A stretch of 64,000 nucleotides of DNA. Origin: a virus. Within the stretch, counting starts at the first letter, position 1, and each line of letters opens with the position of its first letter. The position numbers and the translations under genes are program-made. The DNA lies in the IMG/VR virus record IMGVR_UViG_3300029267_002600, positions 1 through 64,000 of that record. One strand, given 5' to 3'. The notes below the pieces were generated by a model. That model saw only the letters and a list, made by a program, of their open reading frames with translations. It did no database searches and was not told the DNA's origin. Of the stretch, positions 1 through 9,622 are shown piece after piece.

Positions 1-35
1 GCATAGAGATATTGAATTGAAGGAGTTGATTGATT

Positions 36-260
36 ATGAACTTGAAGAAAGCGATTGTGATATGGAAATTTGAAGATGCCCCACCAAAATATCAGGCATT
101 ATCAGATAATTGTGGAGATGAAGATTGGATCGCATTAGTGCCAGAATACTTCAAAGGGCGATACATTGGATTTCTTGATGCTGGAACGCCGTTTGGATGT
201 TGTTGCATTGAGGAACATGAAGTTGCAGATGGAACGATATTTATAGGGTGTCATTCATAG
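36..260 (+). CDS. hypothetical small Cys-rich protein
   Basis: Track ORF 30..260. The in-frame ATG at 36 lies about 10 nt after AGGAG (21-25). C-terminal Cys cluster (FGCCCIEEH...GCH). No family recognised. Confidence 0.5.
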   Translation: MNLKKAIVIWKFEDAPPKYQALSDNCGDEDWIALVPEYFKGRYIGFLDAGTPFGCCCIEEHEVADGTIFIGCHS

Positions 261-282
261 TGATTGGCAAGGAAGTGGCAAT

Positions 283-591
283 ATGGAAGGCAAATTTAGA
301 AAAAGAAGCAATGCGGTATGGTGTCCGAAGCCATCATTGAAGCCAGTTGGTGTAAAGTTCAAGGATGGAGATGAAAGAATTGATAATATCAAGCCAAATC
401 ATAAGATTGTGAGAAAATCCGATAATAGTGAAGTAATTGAAGAAAGGATATTCCGAGAGAAGAAAGTAACTGGATGGGTGAATATGGGTAGGTGTGAGCA
501 TTGTGATCATTGTGAGGAATTTCATGTAGAAGATGAGGGTGTGTATTGCCTTTATCCGAGAACCGTTGCAGATCTGGAAGTGATAGAATGA
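283..591 (+). CDS. hypothetical protein with Cys/His cluster (possible zinc site)
   Basis: ATG 4 nt after GGAAGTGG (271-278). CEHCDHCEEFH near the C-terminus. Confidence 0.55.
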   Translation: MEGKFRKRSNAVWCPKPSLKPVGVKFKDGDERIDNIKPNHKIVRKSDNSEVIEERIFREKKVTGWVNMGRCEHCDHCEEFHVEDEGVYCLYPRTVADLEVIE

Positions 592-923
592 ACAAAGGGC
601 TATATATTGTATTATCTGGAAGTAAGGAATTAGTGGAAGCAAATCAAAAAGAGATTGAACAATTTCTAAACAAATTCACAAGAAAAGTAGGCAAACATGA
701 GAATTGCAGATGTGCCAAAATACATAGAGAGATAGATATTGATAAAGAAACGAATACTGGCAGTAGATTTAAATTAGATGATTTTTCATCAACATTACAA
801 TCCTATCTCAAAGGATATAAAGCAGTTGTATTGAAATATTCACACTATGGAAAAATAGGTAAAATCTTTGTTAGGGGCAGGAGATGGAGAATTAATAAAA
901 AAGGCAAAGAAGTTTATAAATAA
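588..923 (+). CDS. hypothetical basic protein
   Basis: In-frame ATG at 588 overlaps the upstream stop (ATGA). Track ORF 546..923. Confidence 0.5.
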   Translation: MNKGLYIVLSGSKELVEANQKEIEQFLNKFTRKVGKHENCRCAKIHREIDIDKETNTGSRFKLDDFSSTLQSYLKGYKAVVLKYSHYGKIGKIFVRGRRWRINKKGKEVYK

Positions 924-1241
924 ATGATTAATATGAGAATACTGGATAAGGTTTGTGAGAAATGTATGGGTGATAGTAATTTATGTCCAGCACTATCAGA
1001 TGATATAGATTGTTGCATAATGGAATTAAAAATGATTGATCCAGATGCCGATCCAGAATTTATTTTCTTTTATTGTTGCATACTTCAATGTGGGTTCAAC
1101 AAGCATAGGTGTGATAGTTGTTTGATAACAAAGTCAGGGATTATAAAATTTGTTAAAGAGAAACAGGTAGAAGATCCTATGCAAAAGACATTATCGGAAT
1201 TTTCCGAATCAGGCGTGGGCAAAATCGTATTCCATGCCTAA
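924..1241 (+). CDS. hypothetical Cys-rich protein
   Basis: ATG directly after the upstream stop. Many Cys residues (CEKC, CPALSDDIDCC, CCILQC, CDSC). Confidence 0.5.
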   Translation: MINMRILDKVCEKCMGDSNLCPALSDDIDCCIMELKMIDPDADPEFIFFYCCILQCGFNKHRCDSCLITKSGIIKFVKEKQVEDPMQKTLSEFSESGVGKIVFHA

Positions 1242-1464
1242 AAAGTATTAAAAAACGCATGAAATTGCGAAAAATACAAGTGATTGATAGTTACAAATAA
1301 CACATTATGGTATTGTTGGTTGTGTTAGATTACGCAAATGTTAATTTTGAGTTGAGATAGGTTTATAGTCTTTCAACCTTTATGTTTGATTGATAATGAG
1401 GATATACTGGCTACCCCAAAATAGCAGTAAAAACTCATTATTACACTAATAGGAAGTGGAATGC

Positions 1465-1677
1465 ATGAAAATATACAATAAAGAGAGATTGGAAGAAATA
1501 TTGAAGGCACAGCATTTGGAACGCAACCCAAGAGATCAGCAAATCTTCTGTCCGAAGTGTGAGTTCTCAATGTGGATTCACAAGAAGTTCGGCAAGTTAT
1601 GTAGGTTTTGTGGTTTCTCTCAAACCAAGATACTGGATACCCTAACCAAGAAGGAAATCAGGGAGATGGCATCATGA
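1465..1677 (+). CDS. small zinc-ribbon protein
   Basis: ATG at 1465 follows GGAAGTGG (1452-1459). CPKC...CRFC pairs. Track ORF 1456..1677 starts inside the SD-like motif. Confidence 0.55.
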   Translation: MKIYNKERLEEILKAQHLERNPRDQQIFCPKCEFSMWIHKKFGKLCRFCGFSQTKILDTLTKKEIREMAS

Positions 1678-2312
1678 AGAACAGGTATGAACGCATGAAC
1701 CGATCTGAATGGGCGTTGTTTGAGGAAGGCAGGAAATGGTCAAAAAGCCCCCGATTCGTTAAGAACGCCGTTAAACTGATGGCAAAGTATGGTACTTATC
1801 CAAGAACCCCTGCAATGTTGCCAGTAGAGATCTCCAAGCGCATGACGAGTTACTATGGCAGATGTTGTTATGGGAAGTGGATTAAGATCGCACATTATCA
1901 TTGGAAAGGTAGCCCACGAAACAGGGTAATCAGAACATTACGGCATGAATATCTGCATGAATGGATAAGATATAATCACAGGCGAATCAAGGATCAGGTA
2001 TCACTTCGCCAGTTTGAGAAGGAAGCATACTACACATTCGGATTTCAGGGCGATCACAAATCCTACAAGTATCGTTATACTGGCAACAAATGTAGATGCT
2101 GGAGAAAAACAAACAATCTGATGAAGGAATGGATTTGTGGTCATGGTCATGTGTATGTGAAGCCATCCATCTACAAGGAAGCGAAGGCGAATGGTGGCAC
2201 ATACCGATCAAGGCATAAAAGAACAGATGTGCCAGTATCGGAATTGGGCATATTTCGGAAGAAGATTCTGATCAAGGTGTCAAATGGGGGCAATCAAGCC
2301 CCCACTCTTTAA
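1674..2312 (+). CDS. SprT-like zinc metalloprotease domain protein
   Basis: The YYGRCCYGKWIKI...RTLRHEYLHEW (HExxH) layout is typical of SprT-like domains. ATG 1674 overlaps the upstream stop (ATGA). C-terminal Cys/His-rich tail. Confidence 0.55.
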   Translation: MKNRYERMNRSEWALFEEGRKWSKSPRFVKNAVKLMAKYGTYPRTPAMLPVEISKRMTSYYGRCCYGKWIKIAHYHWKGSPRNRVIRTLRHEYLHEWIRYNHRRIKDQVSLRQFEKEAYYTFGFQGDHKSYKYRYTGNKCRCWRKTNNLMKEWICGHGHVYVKPSIYKEAKANGGTYRSRHKRTDVPVSELGIFRKKILIKVSNGGNQAPTL

Positions 2313-2333
2313 ACAGCACAGGAAGGCGATAGA

Positions 2334-2522
2334 ATGGAAGTAGGAGAAGAATATGAATATGTTCCCATGCCAGTATCCGTTAGGGGCTTACTGAAAGCAG
2401 TAAAGAATGGAAGCGCACATGGATTGGAAACGAAGGATGGCAGGGAATTGACAAAGCAGGAAGCGATAGAGTATTTGGAAGATCTACTTGATCGTGGCAT
2501 TACAACATTGCCACAGGAGTAG
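2334..2522 (+). CDS. hypothetical protein
   Basis: 62-aa ORF followed by a hairpin at 2528-2562 and a 600-bp non-coding region. Confidence 0.5.
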   Translation: MEVGEEYEYVPMPVSVRGLLKAVKNGSAHGLETKDGRELTKQEAIEYLEDLLDRGITTLPQE

Positions 2523-2527
2523 CCAGT

Positions 2528-2562
2528 AATGGTGGGTGGGCTTACACCCCCCCACCACCATT
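2528..2562 (+). terminator. GC-rich hairpin after the last gene of the first module
   Basis: AATGGTGGGTGGG ... CCCACCACCATT inverted repeat with a one-nt bulge, immediately after the stop at 2522. No strong T-run follows. Confidence 0.3.
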
Positions 2563-3294
2563 TCCATTGGAACTATTGAAAATAAAAAAAAACGGAAGAA
2601 GGAAATCCGATAGGGATTCGGGAAGGATCAGGAAGGAAGTGGAAAATTCACAAGCCCGATCCATTCCCACGATTTCTGCAAGGAGAGTATTTGGGTTAGA
2701 TATTTTTACAGAAACCGTTCCTTTGGGTTATTACATTCCTATTGTTTATTGTCTATCGCATTTAGCGTATGCTAAACATACATAGAATTACATCTATTAA
2801 TACTTTCACTTTCGTTCCCTTTATAGATATATAATATTGAAATTAATCCGCAATTTTGTTATGGATCATCAAAAAATGGAAAAGTTAGAGTATTCTTTAC
2901 AGATTTAGAGTAAGCATGAAACCGATCTAACCATTCAAAAATTCGTTTTGACCGAATTACTGGATGCCGAATTTCAGGTAATTTATTTTAATAAAAAATC
3001 TATTATGAAAATCGGTTATCAATATCAATACTTAATAGGAGAAGTTAATATAGAGGCACAGGTTGAATTTCCAAATTTCCAAAAAAACGGCGAATAGGAT
3101 TATTTTTTTTACCATCCGAGCATATTTATAGACGTTCTGAATTATTATAAAACACTTTCACAGGTCAATAGCCAGATGGTAGTATATGAACTTCATCCGT
3201 ATGCTTAAAGGTCAGGAAAAACAATCGGTTAGACATTGCATATATGGGAACGGAATAGTATATCGGTATATGCTTCTGAAACATTAGATCGGGA

Positions 3295-3320
3295 TTTATA
3301 ATTATTTAAATAATTATAAA
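3295..3320. repeat. perfect 26-bp palindrome
   Basis: TTTATAATTATTTAAATAATTATAAA equals its own reverse complement. It lies in the 2786-3394 non-coding region, 75 nt upstream of the 3395 start. Confidence 0.85.
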
Positions 3321-3349
3321 TATTATATGGCTATTTTCATACATTATGG

Positions 3350-3367
3350 AAAATGTATTAATATATG
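3350..3367 (+). promoter_or_regulatory. putative promoter element (shared 14-mer AAAATGTATTAATA)
   Basis: The same 14-mer recurs at 47149-47162. Both copies lie 24-32 nt upstream of the first ATG after a non-coding gap. TATA-like TTAATATAT. Confidence 0.3.
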
Positions 3368-3394
3368 TACGTCTTAAAATGTCGTGGTTGATAG

Positions 3395-4078
3395 ATGTAT
3401 AATCAGCAAGGGCAGGAATCATTTAGATCGGTAGTGATGGCACATCTCAAAGACTTATCAAAACTTACTTGCACAGCAGAACCTTTCGATTATCATATGA
3501 ATCATATTTGGGCAATGCTTGATCCTTACACAACTGATGATGATCACAGGAAATGGCAAAGGGAAACTGTCAATAATGATTACAAATCTGGCATGATGAA
3601 AATTAGGATCATATCAATGGTATTGTATCGGGCAGGGGTTTTACCGAAAAGGGATATTAAGAATCGGCAGTTTCCAGTTCAAGTAAAAATTGGCAAGATA
3701 GGTATTAAACAAGGTATGACACGACACGTTAAAGAGGACATTGGATTTATGGACATATTATTTAATCACATGAGAATCATATCAATGCTAACTTCCAGAA
3801 GAATGGATGTAACAATTCATCTTGATGCACTTTGGTTTTTGCTTTCACCTTATATAACACAAGAAGATTATTATCGTTGGCAACAGAACAATGAAACCTT
3901 TGGCAACAAAGGAAGCGATAAATATAAACCGCAAATGTGGAATATCGAAAAGGAACGTATAATTGTTCATTTAATGAATCGTGCCGATTTTCTTTGGAAA
4001 TCCACAGGAATAGATGCCCCTGAAGAATTTGTAGATGGGGATGGAGAAATAAATGTCAGAAGCGCAATCAAAGGATAG
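3395..4078 (+). CDS. hypothetical protein with internal duplication
   Basis: Two similar halves (LDPYTTDDDHRKWQRE vs LSPYITQEDYYRWQQN; RIISMVL vs RIISMLT). First gene after the long non-coding region. Confidence 0.6.
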   Translation: MYNQQGQESFRSVVMAHLKDLSKLTCTAEPFDYHMNHIWAMLDPYTTDDDHRKWQRETVNNDYKSGMMKIRIISMVLYRAGVLPKRDIKNRQFPVQVKIGKIGIKQGMTRHVKEDIGFMDILFNHMRIISMLTSRRMDVTIHLDALWFLLSPYITQEDYYRWQQNNETFGNKGSDKYKPQMWNIEKERIIVHLMNRADFLWKSTGIDAPEEFVDGDGEINVRSAIKG

Positions 4079-5378
4079 AGAAATTGATGAAGATTTCAAT
4101 AAAATGGAATTAGAAATAGAGTATGAAGATGATCATTTTCATGCAAAAGAAGATATTGAAGAAGATTACAGATTATTAATGGAACAATCAAAGATTAAGC
4201 ACAAGTATTGGTTAAGCGATTATGCATTGCGTAGAATCCGCATGAATCAGAATTACATTATATTGATTGTCGGGGGCGTGGGAACTGGAAAATCATATTC
4301 GGGCATTAAACTTGCAGAAGATATTGATCCGTATTTCAATGTGGATCGGATAATCTTCCATCCGAAAGATTTCATTACATTATTAGATAGTTCATTGCCG
4401 AAGGGTTCAGTAATCATGTGGGAAGAAGTTGGTGTATCGCTATCATCAAGGGATTGGTATAAGGAACAGAACAAGATTATTTCATCATTATTTGAAACAT
4501 TCCGAAGGCACAATCTAATATTGATCATGACAGTTCCATTTGTTAAGTTCATTGACAGCAGGATTAGAAGCATGATACATGGATTTGCGGAGATGATAGA
4601 TCCGACATTTACAGGTGGCAAATTCGGTTGGTTGAAGTATTTCCATGTGATTGTAGATCAGCGTTCAGGAAAGATTAGGCACAGGTATCCGAGAATCCGA
4701 GATGATGAGGGTATGGTAATAACAATGCAGGGAACTACCACCGAGCAGGGCAATATGCGATTCTCATTGCCTTCAAAGGAGATACTTCCACTATATGAGC
4801 AGAAGAAGTTAGAGTTTGTTCAATGGCAACAGAAATCGGGGTTATCAAGTTTTGAACCGAAGAAGGTTGCAGGTAGTTTAGAGATAAACGATTTCATCAA
4901 AAAAATGACATCCAATCCGAGAAAGTATAAATTGATAACAGGAAAGGGCAAGAAGAAGGAATCATTAACTAATTTGATTGAGCATAATTGGGTTCTATTC
5001 AAGATAGATTATCCAGATATGAATTTTCAGAAGAAAGATTTAGTTAGCGCATTAAGGTTTGTATTGAGTTCATATGATTACACATTCAAAGGGGCATCCA
5101 AAGAGATTCAGGATAATGAACTTGGCACAGTATATGAGTTAATGGAACTTGTGGGCGATAACAAGAATCAGATAGCCAAGATGCTTAATACGAGTAATCA
5201 CACATTGACAAAAGCAATCAGTAATTGGAAGAAGAACGGAATGTGGCAGGAATATATTGATGATATAGAGTTACAAAAACAGTTGGAAGAAGAAGAAGCA
5301 GAAGCGATCATAATGCCAAGCGATAGAAAAGACCATAAGGAAAATAATGGAGATGAAGAAGATGAAGAAGATGAATGA
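4053..5378 (+). CDS. P-loop NTPase (possible morphogenesis/packaging ATPase), C-terminal HTH-like segment and acidic tail
   Basis: Walker A ILIVGGVGTGKS, Walker-B-like SVIMWEE, and the later NQIAKMLNTSNHTLTKAISNW. No nuclease motifs recognised. Confidence 0.65.
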   Translation: MSEAQSKDREIDEDFNKMELEIEYEDDHFHAKEDIEEDYRLLMEQSKIKHKYWLSDYALRRIRMNQNYIILIVGGVGTGKSYSGIKLAEDIDPYFNVDRIIFHPKDFITLLDSSLPKGSVIMWEEVGVSLSSRDWYKEQNKIISSLFETFRRHNLILIMTVPFVKFIDSRIRSMIHGFAEMIDPTFTGGKFGWLKYFHVIVDQRSGKIRHRYPRIRDDEGMVITMQGTTTEQGNMRFSLPSKEILPLYEQKKLEFVQWQQKSGLSSFEPKKVAGSLEINDFIKKMTSNPRKYKLITGKGKKKESLTNLIEHNWVLFKIDYPDMNFQKKDLVSALRFVLSSYDYTFKGASKEIQDNELGTVYELMELVGDNKNQIAKMLNTSNHTLTKAISNWKKNGMWQEYIDDIELQKQLEEEEAEAIIMPSDRKDHKENNGDEEDEEDE

Positions 5379-5610
5379 GAATCAGCAGTTTGTAGTAGAT
5401 AAGATGAAAGAAGGATATGAGTTGATAAAATCATGGTCATTCGTAGGTCATGATATTAAGGATACATATCACTTAATCAAGAATAAAGATTGGATTAAGG
5501 TTGATGGCAGAACATTTAAATCACTACTGAACAAAGGAGTAATTGCTTATGATCGCAACTGGGAAAAGTATGATGGCAAAGTCATGAAGTTAGTTGAGAT
5601 AGAGGGTTGA
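5347..5610 (+). CDS. hypothetical protein
   Basis: ORF overlapping the end of the NTPase gene. Alternative in-frame ATG at 5371. Confidence 0.55.
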   Translation: MEMKKMKKMNENQQFVVDKMKEGYELIKSWSFVGHDIKDTYHLIKNKDWIKVDGRTFKSLLNKGVIAYDRNWEKYDGKVMKLVEIEG

Positions 5611-5612
5611 AT

Positions 5613-5807
5613 ATGAAAGTGAATAAGATTATTCTATGGAAACTTATCAATAAGAACGGCACAATCCTAAATTCAGGAGTATTGGATCACAGATGCAATA
5701 TTGATAAAGATTGGCTTAAAGAGAATAAATATACGTTGATTGAGAAAGAGTTTGAAATCAATTACGATACCATGAAGATAAACGAAATCGGAGGTAAAGA
5801 TGAGTAA
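5613..5807 (+). CDS. hypothetical protein
   Basis: ATG at 5613 just after the upstream stop. Track ORF 5607..5807. Confidence 0.5.
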   Translation: MKVNKIILWKLINKNGTILNSGVLDHRCNIDKDWLKENKYTLIEKEFEINYDTMKINEIGGKDE

Positions 5808-6162
5808 AAGAAAGAAAATGCAAAGGGATAAAGCATTGAATAGTGATAAGAAGATTTGGGCAATTCAAGTTATTATGAAAGAGTATTGCCAAACATGGAA
5901 TGATGCATGGAAAGACGGCAAGGGCATTATGGTTTATGTCGTTGATAACTCAATGGCAAGAGCAATTCAGAAAGCGATTTATTATTATGGCAGAAAAACA
6001 GGAATAAAATCAATAAAAGTTAAGGAACATTACAAGCATGATAAAATCCAAATTAATTTCAGGAGAGCAACCAAAATGGAGATTATCAATACAAGGGCAG
6101 GTATGGGGCTTGATTTCACAGATGGAGAATCAAAGAGATTTAGATGCTTGGAAGTGATCTGA
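5800..6162 (+). CDS. hypothetical basic protein
   Basis: ORF with an 8-nt overlap to the upstream gene. No family recognised. Confidence 0.5.
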   Translation: MSKRKKMQRDKALNSDKKIWAIQVIMKEYCQTWNDAWKDGKGIMVYVVDNSMARAIQKAIYYYGRKTGIKSIKVKEHYKHDKIQINFRRATKMEIINTRAGMGLDFTDGESKRFRCLEVI

Positions 6163-6510
6163 ATGAGCAAAAGAGATACAAGATTGGATAACATAGATGA
6201 AAAGTTGCAGAAGGCAAAAGAAGAAATTGAAAAGTTGGATAAGACAGTAAGCAAGAGAACGCAAGTATTATTTACGATCTTTGAGTTCCAGAAAGCACAT
6301 GGCAGGGGCATCACATTAAATGAATTAGTTGATTTAAGCGGATTCAATAGGGATGTGGTATCCAAATCATTTGATAGTTTGTATGATATGCGAATCATAG
6401 AAGATGATTGGAAATGTGTGAGGGGTGATTATACGAAGGTCATATCAGTTGTAAAGGATTCAATGGCATTCGTGGAGAAGATCTATAATGAAATAAAGGA
6501 AGGTGATTAA
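6163..6510 (+). CDS. putative winged-helix DNA-binding protein with N-terminal coiled coil
   Basis: GITLNELVDLSGFNRDVVSKSFDSLYDMRIIE resembles MarR/TrmB-type wHTH. The call is by eye only. Confidence 0.4.
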   Translation: MSKRDTRLDNIDEKLQKAKEEIEKLDKTVSKRTQVLFTIFEFQKAHGRGITLNELVDLSGFNRDVVSKSFDSLYDMRIIEDDWKCVRGDYTKVISVVKDSMAFVEKIYNEIKEGD

Positions 6511-7069
6511 TTTGGATTGGAAAGGGCATTTAAAGTGGGGCTTCATTGGAACGGTGATGCTATTGATAGCATTACTAATCTTGGAATTTCTGAAGTTACC
6601 TTTCTTTATTGAGTATGAAAGTTTATTTGCCAGTTCAAGATTCATAATACTTGGAATTACGATCCCGAACATAATAATAGCATTTGTGGGTGGGCTATAT
6701 GGATCATTATTTCCAGATGTAGATGTAGGCACATCAAAGGCGTTTGCAATCACATATATGATACTGATACTTTTATGTTTATATTTCACCTATTCTGGCT
6801 ATGTCATGGGCTTATTTGTAGGCTTGATTTTAATGGCATTTATAATTGGTTTAAAGCACAGGGGAGTTATGCACAAACCCTATACGGCGATCATACTTGG
6901 CATAGTAATATGGATATTTTTTGAGAGCATTTTTATTGCCACATTTTTCACATATGGTTACTTGATTCATTTGGTTTGTGATATTCCACCGAAAGCCAGA
7001 TGTAAAGAATGCGGAAGGAAATTTAACCCCAAATCTGCCAATCAGAAATATTGTAATCGGTGTAGATAA
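6503..7069 (+). CDS. polytopic membrane protein, DUF457/YdjM-like putative metal-dependent hydrolase with C-terminal zinc ribbon
   Basis: Several TM helices. LFPDVDVG, HRGVMHKP and HLVCD motifs recall the DUF457 family. C-terminal CKECG...CNRC. GTG 6503 or TTG 6512 start after GGTGA. Confidence 0.4.
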   Translation: MINLDWKGHLKWGFIGTVMLLIALLILEFLKLPFFIEYESLFASSRFIILGITIPNIIIAFVGGLYGSLFPDVDVGTSKAFAITYMILILLCLYFTYSGYVMGLFVGLILMAFIIGLKHRGVMHKPYTAIILGIVIWIFFESIFIATFFTYGYLIHLVCDIPPKARCKECGRKFNPKSANQKYCNRCR

Positions 7070-7070
7070 T

Positions 7071-7511
7071 ATGAATATGAGAGAAGCAGTAATGGGCGAT
7101 CTCAAGCAGATATTATACATATATCATGCCACATTCAACGATACAATCAGGAATCCAGAAAAATACTACAAGAAATATATCAAGCAAGGCAATGTGATGG
7201 TTCTGGATAAGAACGGAATCATCTATGGGGCATATGTTTGGGAAATCAACAGAATGAGAAATATATTCAATTCAAAATCATTATGCGGAAGCAGATTCCT
7301 TTGGTTACGGCAGGTCATGGTAGATCCAGAACATCAAGGTCATGGCTTGGGCAGGATGCTAATGCTTGATTTTATGATGAAATCGAATTATCAAATGCGG
7401 TTAGTTTGTGAGCAACATTTGGTAGAATGGTATAAGCGATTTTCATTTCTATGTGATCAGGTTTGTTACCATAATAAAAAAGAATTATATCTTATGAGAA
7501 AGGATGGATAG
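7071..7511 (+). CDS. GNAT-family N-acetyltransferase
   Basis: RQVMVDPEHQGHGLGRMLM matches GNAT motif A (Q/R-x-x-G-x-G/A). ATG at 7071 right after the upstream stop. Confidence 0.6.
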   Translation: MNMREAVMGDLKQILYIYHATFNDTIRNPEKYYKKYIKQGNVMVLDKNGIIYGAYVWEINRMRNIFNSKSLCGSRFLWLRQVMVDPEHQGHGLGRMLMLDFMMKSNYQMRLVCEQHLVEWYKRFSFLCDQVCYHNKKELYLMRKDG

Positions 7512-7520
7512 AAATGATAG

Positions 7521-7540
7521 CAAAGTATAAATTTATATAC
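7521..7540 (+). promoter_or_regulatory. putative promoter (CAAAGTATAA + TATA-like TTTATATA)
   Basis: The exact 10-mer CAAAGTATAA also occurs at 19008-19017, and TAAAGTATAA at 58052-58061. Each copy is 30-45 nt upstream of a start codon. Confidence 0.3.
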
Positions 7541-7565
7541 ATTTTAATAGGTGAAGGTGAAAGCC

Positions 7566-7835
7566 ATGAGTGAAAAGAAAAAGTTAAGTGATAAGGAGAA
7601 GGTTTTGAGAGCAGGATGGATAGTAGCCATAGGATTGATTGTAATCTGTTTTGCAACCACAATCATATTTTGGTTCAATGGCATCACATCTTTTAAAGTG
7701 CCAATGGGTGTCATGATGCTATTGACATTCGTATATCCGATCTTATTCTTCTTCTTGGGAATGTGGATTGTAATGAAGAAGAAACTATTTCCCATGAAGA
7801 AGCCAAAGCCAGATCCAGAAATACCACAGGAGTAA
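7566..7835 (+). CDS. small membrane protein (2 TM)
   Basis: ATG 7566 after GGTGAAGGTGA. Two hydrophobic helices. Confidence 0.55.
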   Translation: MSEKKKLSDKEKVLRAGWIVAIGLIVICFATTIIFWFNGITSFKVPMGVMMLLTFVYPILFFFLGMWIVMKKKLFPMKKPKPDPEIPQE

Positions 7836-7839
7836 TTTA

Positions 7840-8148
7840 ATGGAATATAGTAATGGATTTCATACAATGATGTATGCGGTTTGGGAACTACTTGATAAGG
7901 TCAATATAGAATCCAACAGCATAAGTATGAATGCATTCAAATTAGGCAAGTTGATTAAACGGCAGAAGATAAAATCCAAGCATACTTTAGATCAGAAAGA
8001 AATCTATTACTATTCCCAATCTTTAAAAGAGATATACAAGGAATGGGCAAGGCATGGGCATCCTGATTGGTCAGTAAGGGAAAAGGAAATAAGTTCAGTA
8101 TTTACAGTAATATTTGAACGCAAGGAATTTAAAAGGAAGGGATGCTAA
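7840..8148 (+). CDS. hypothetical protein
   Basis: 102-aa ORF in tight spacing. No family recognised. Confidence 0.5.
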   Translation: MEYSNGFHTMMYAVWELLDKVNIESNSISMNAFKLGKLIKRQKIKSKHTLDQKEIYYYSQSLKEIYKEWARHGHPDWSVREKEISSVFTVIFERKEFKRKGC

Positions 8149-8582
8149 TGGAGATAACGACAGCATTTAGATTTTGGGATTGGATTAAGGGAGAATGGAC
8201 AGTTATAAATTATGGCATAATATCAATCGAAGGGCATCCGATCTTTCAATTTATTAAAGATTGTGAAAAAAGCCCAATTGAGATTACGCATTCGATTGGA
8301 GAAACGGATATTAATGGCAAAAGGATATTCGTGGGCGATTGGGTAGAAACGACATCAGATTATGAGAAGGATCTTTATCTGATACTTAATGACGGTGAGA
8401 AGATATTCGCCAGAAGGTTCATCATAGATTACAGATGCCAATGTGAGCAATGCATTGATGAAGATAAGGTAAGCAATTGCTGGACATACGAAGATCTGGA
8501 TATATATTATGCATTGATGAATCCAAAGATCGTAGGCAATCAATTTGAGCATCCAAACTTACACAAGGGGGTAAGAGATTGA
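8142..8582 (+). CDS. YopX-like protein
   Basis: GETDINGKRIFVGDWVE and C-terminal IVGNQFEHPNL resemble the YopX family signature (tG..D.nGk.IyeGD ... iGNi.enpeLl). Confidence 0.5.
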   Translation: MLMEITTAFRFWDWIKGEWTVINYGIISIEGHPIFQFIKDCEKSPIEITHSIGETDINGKRIFVGDWVETTSDYEKDLYLILNDGEKIFARRFIIDYRCQCEQCIDEDKVSNCWTYEDLDIYYALMNPKIVGNQFEHPNLHKGVRD

Positions 8583-8631
8583 AAACAGGTAGGCACGAAG
8601 AATTGATGAAGGGAAGAAAGGAGAAGGAATA

Positions 8632-9120
8632 ATGCAAGAACCAACCAATATCAAGGAGAAGCGATTCAACATTAGCCAAGATGATTTGTTAGTAATATTA
8701 ATTTGCGGATTGATCATATTTGGATTGGCATTGGTTTGGTATTGGAGAATTACATTATGGATCAGCATTCCATTGACGGCGATCTTGGGCTTGTCATTGT
8801 ATTATCAAGTGATGGTGTGGATTAAACAAACAAGCATGGCAATGGTGGGTATGGAGATAGAAGATAAGATGATAAACGAGTTTGCCTATCAAACAATGAA
8901 AAGGGGGCATACAGTAAGGATCTTTAATGTTAGGGATAGTGATGATGCAGATTCAGATAGCCATTACAAGATTACAACAGATATGCCAAAATGGAAAAAG
9001 AAGTATGTGAAAACGATCACAATCATATTTGTGATTCTATTTCCAGCATGGAGATACAGGGAGTTTGAGGGCGAAGATAACATATGGGTTAGTGATATTT
9101 GGGAAGGTGATGTTAGATGA
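8632..9120 (+). CDS. membrane protein
   Basis: At least two N-terminal TM helices and one C-terminal hydrophobic segment. Confidence 0.55.
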   Translation: MQEPTNIKEKRFNISQDDLLVILICGLIIFGLALVWYWRITLWISIPLTAILGLSLYYQVMVWIKQTSMAMVGMEIEDKMINEFAYQTMKRGHTVRIFNVRDSDDADSDSHYKITTDMPKWKKKYVKTITIIFVILFPAWRYREFEGEDNIWVSDIWEGDVR

Positions 9121-9482
9121 ACGGAAAGAATGATGAAGTAAAGACAGCAGATCAGAAGCGAATGGGCATAGCCAAAGAGATAGAGCAGAAGCGATTCAAG
9201 GGCAAGAGGAACAAGATCGTGGATGCCTTTATCGAAGTATTAGAAGAAGATCCTGATATTGTGATAGAATATATCACAGATACAGGAGTTGAATGGAATT
9301 TCAAGCCAGATAGTGATCCAGTAAAGGCGATTGCAGGAGATATAAAATCACTTGCAGATATGGACAAGTTGGAAAGGAAGCAATACGACAGGATGTATAA
9401 GGATTATGAGAAGGAAGCACTAAAGAAGGCGAAGAAGAAGTTGGGAACTATCGGCGTAATGAGGGCGATCATGGGGGAATAA
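9117..9482 (+). CDS. hypothetical Lys/Glu-rich protein
   Basis: ATGA overlap with the upstream gene. Charged and probably helical. Confidence 0.5.
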   Translation: MNGKNDEVKTADQKRMGIAKEIEQKRFKGKRNKIVDAFIEVLEEDPDIVIEYITDTGVEWNFKPDSDPVKAIAGDIKSLADMDKLERKQYDRMYKDYEKEALKKAKKKLGTIGVMRAIMGE

Positions 9483-9483
9483 C

Positions 9484-9621
9484 ATGGGATATACTGATAA
9501 AGAAAAAAAGATTGTAGATCAAATTCAAAACTTCTGCAAGAATGATTGTTCGGTCAATGAAACTTGCGCCGAAGATGAATGCATATTATACAGGATTCTC
9601 AAGATAATCAAGGAGAAATAG
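9484..9621 (+). CDS. small Cys-rich protein (45 aa, below the track threshold)
   Basis: ATG one nt after the upstream stop; the stop lies one nt before the next ATG. MGYTDKEKKIVDQIQNFCKNDCSVNETCAEDECILY... Confidence 0.4.
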   Translation: MGYTDKEKKIVDQIQNFCKNDCSVNETCAEDECILYRILKIIKEK

Positions 9622-9622
9622 A

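Noticed and set aside
2567-2785. Track ORF 2567..2785 (72 aa, TTG start).
   Set aside because: It starts with TTG inside the hairpin region and has no SD-like site. Its basic, low-complexity N-terminus runs into the AT-rich non-coding island. It is probably not a gene.
4053-5378. Calling the P-loop NTPase a terminase large subunit.
   Set aside because: Only Walker A and B-like motifs are visible. No RNase-H-like nuclease motifs or terminase-specific signatures were recognised, so the generic NTPase call is kept.
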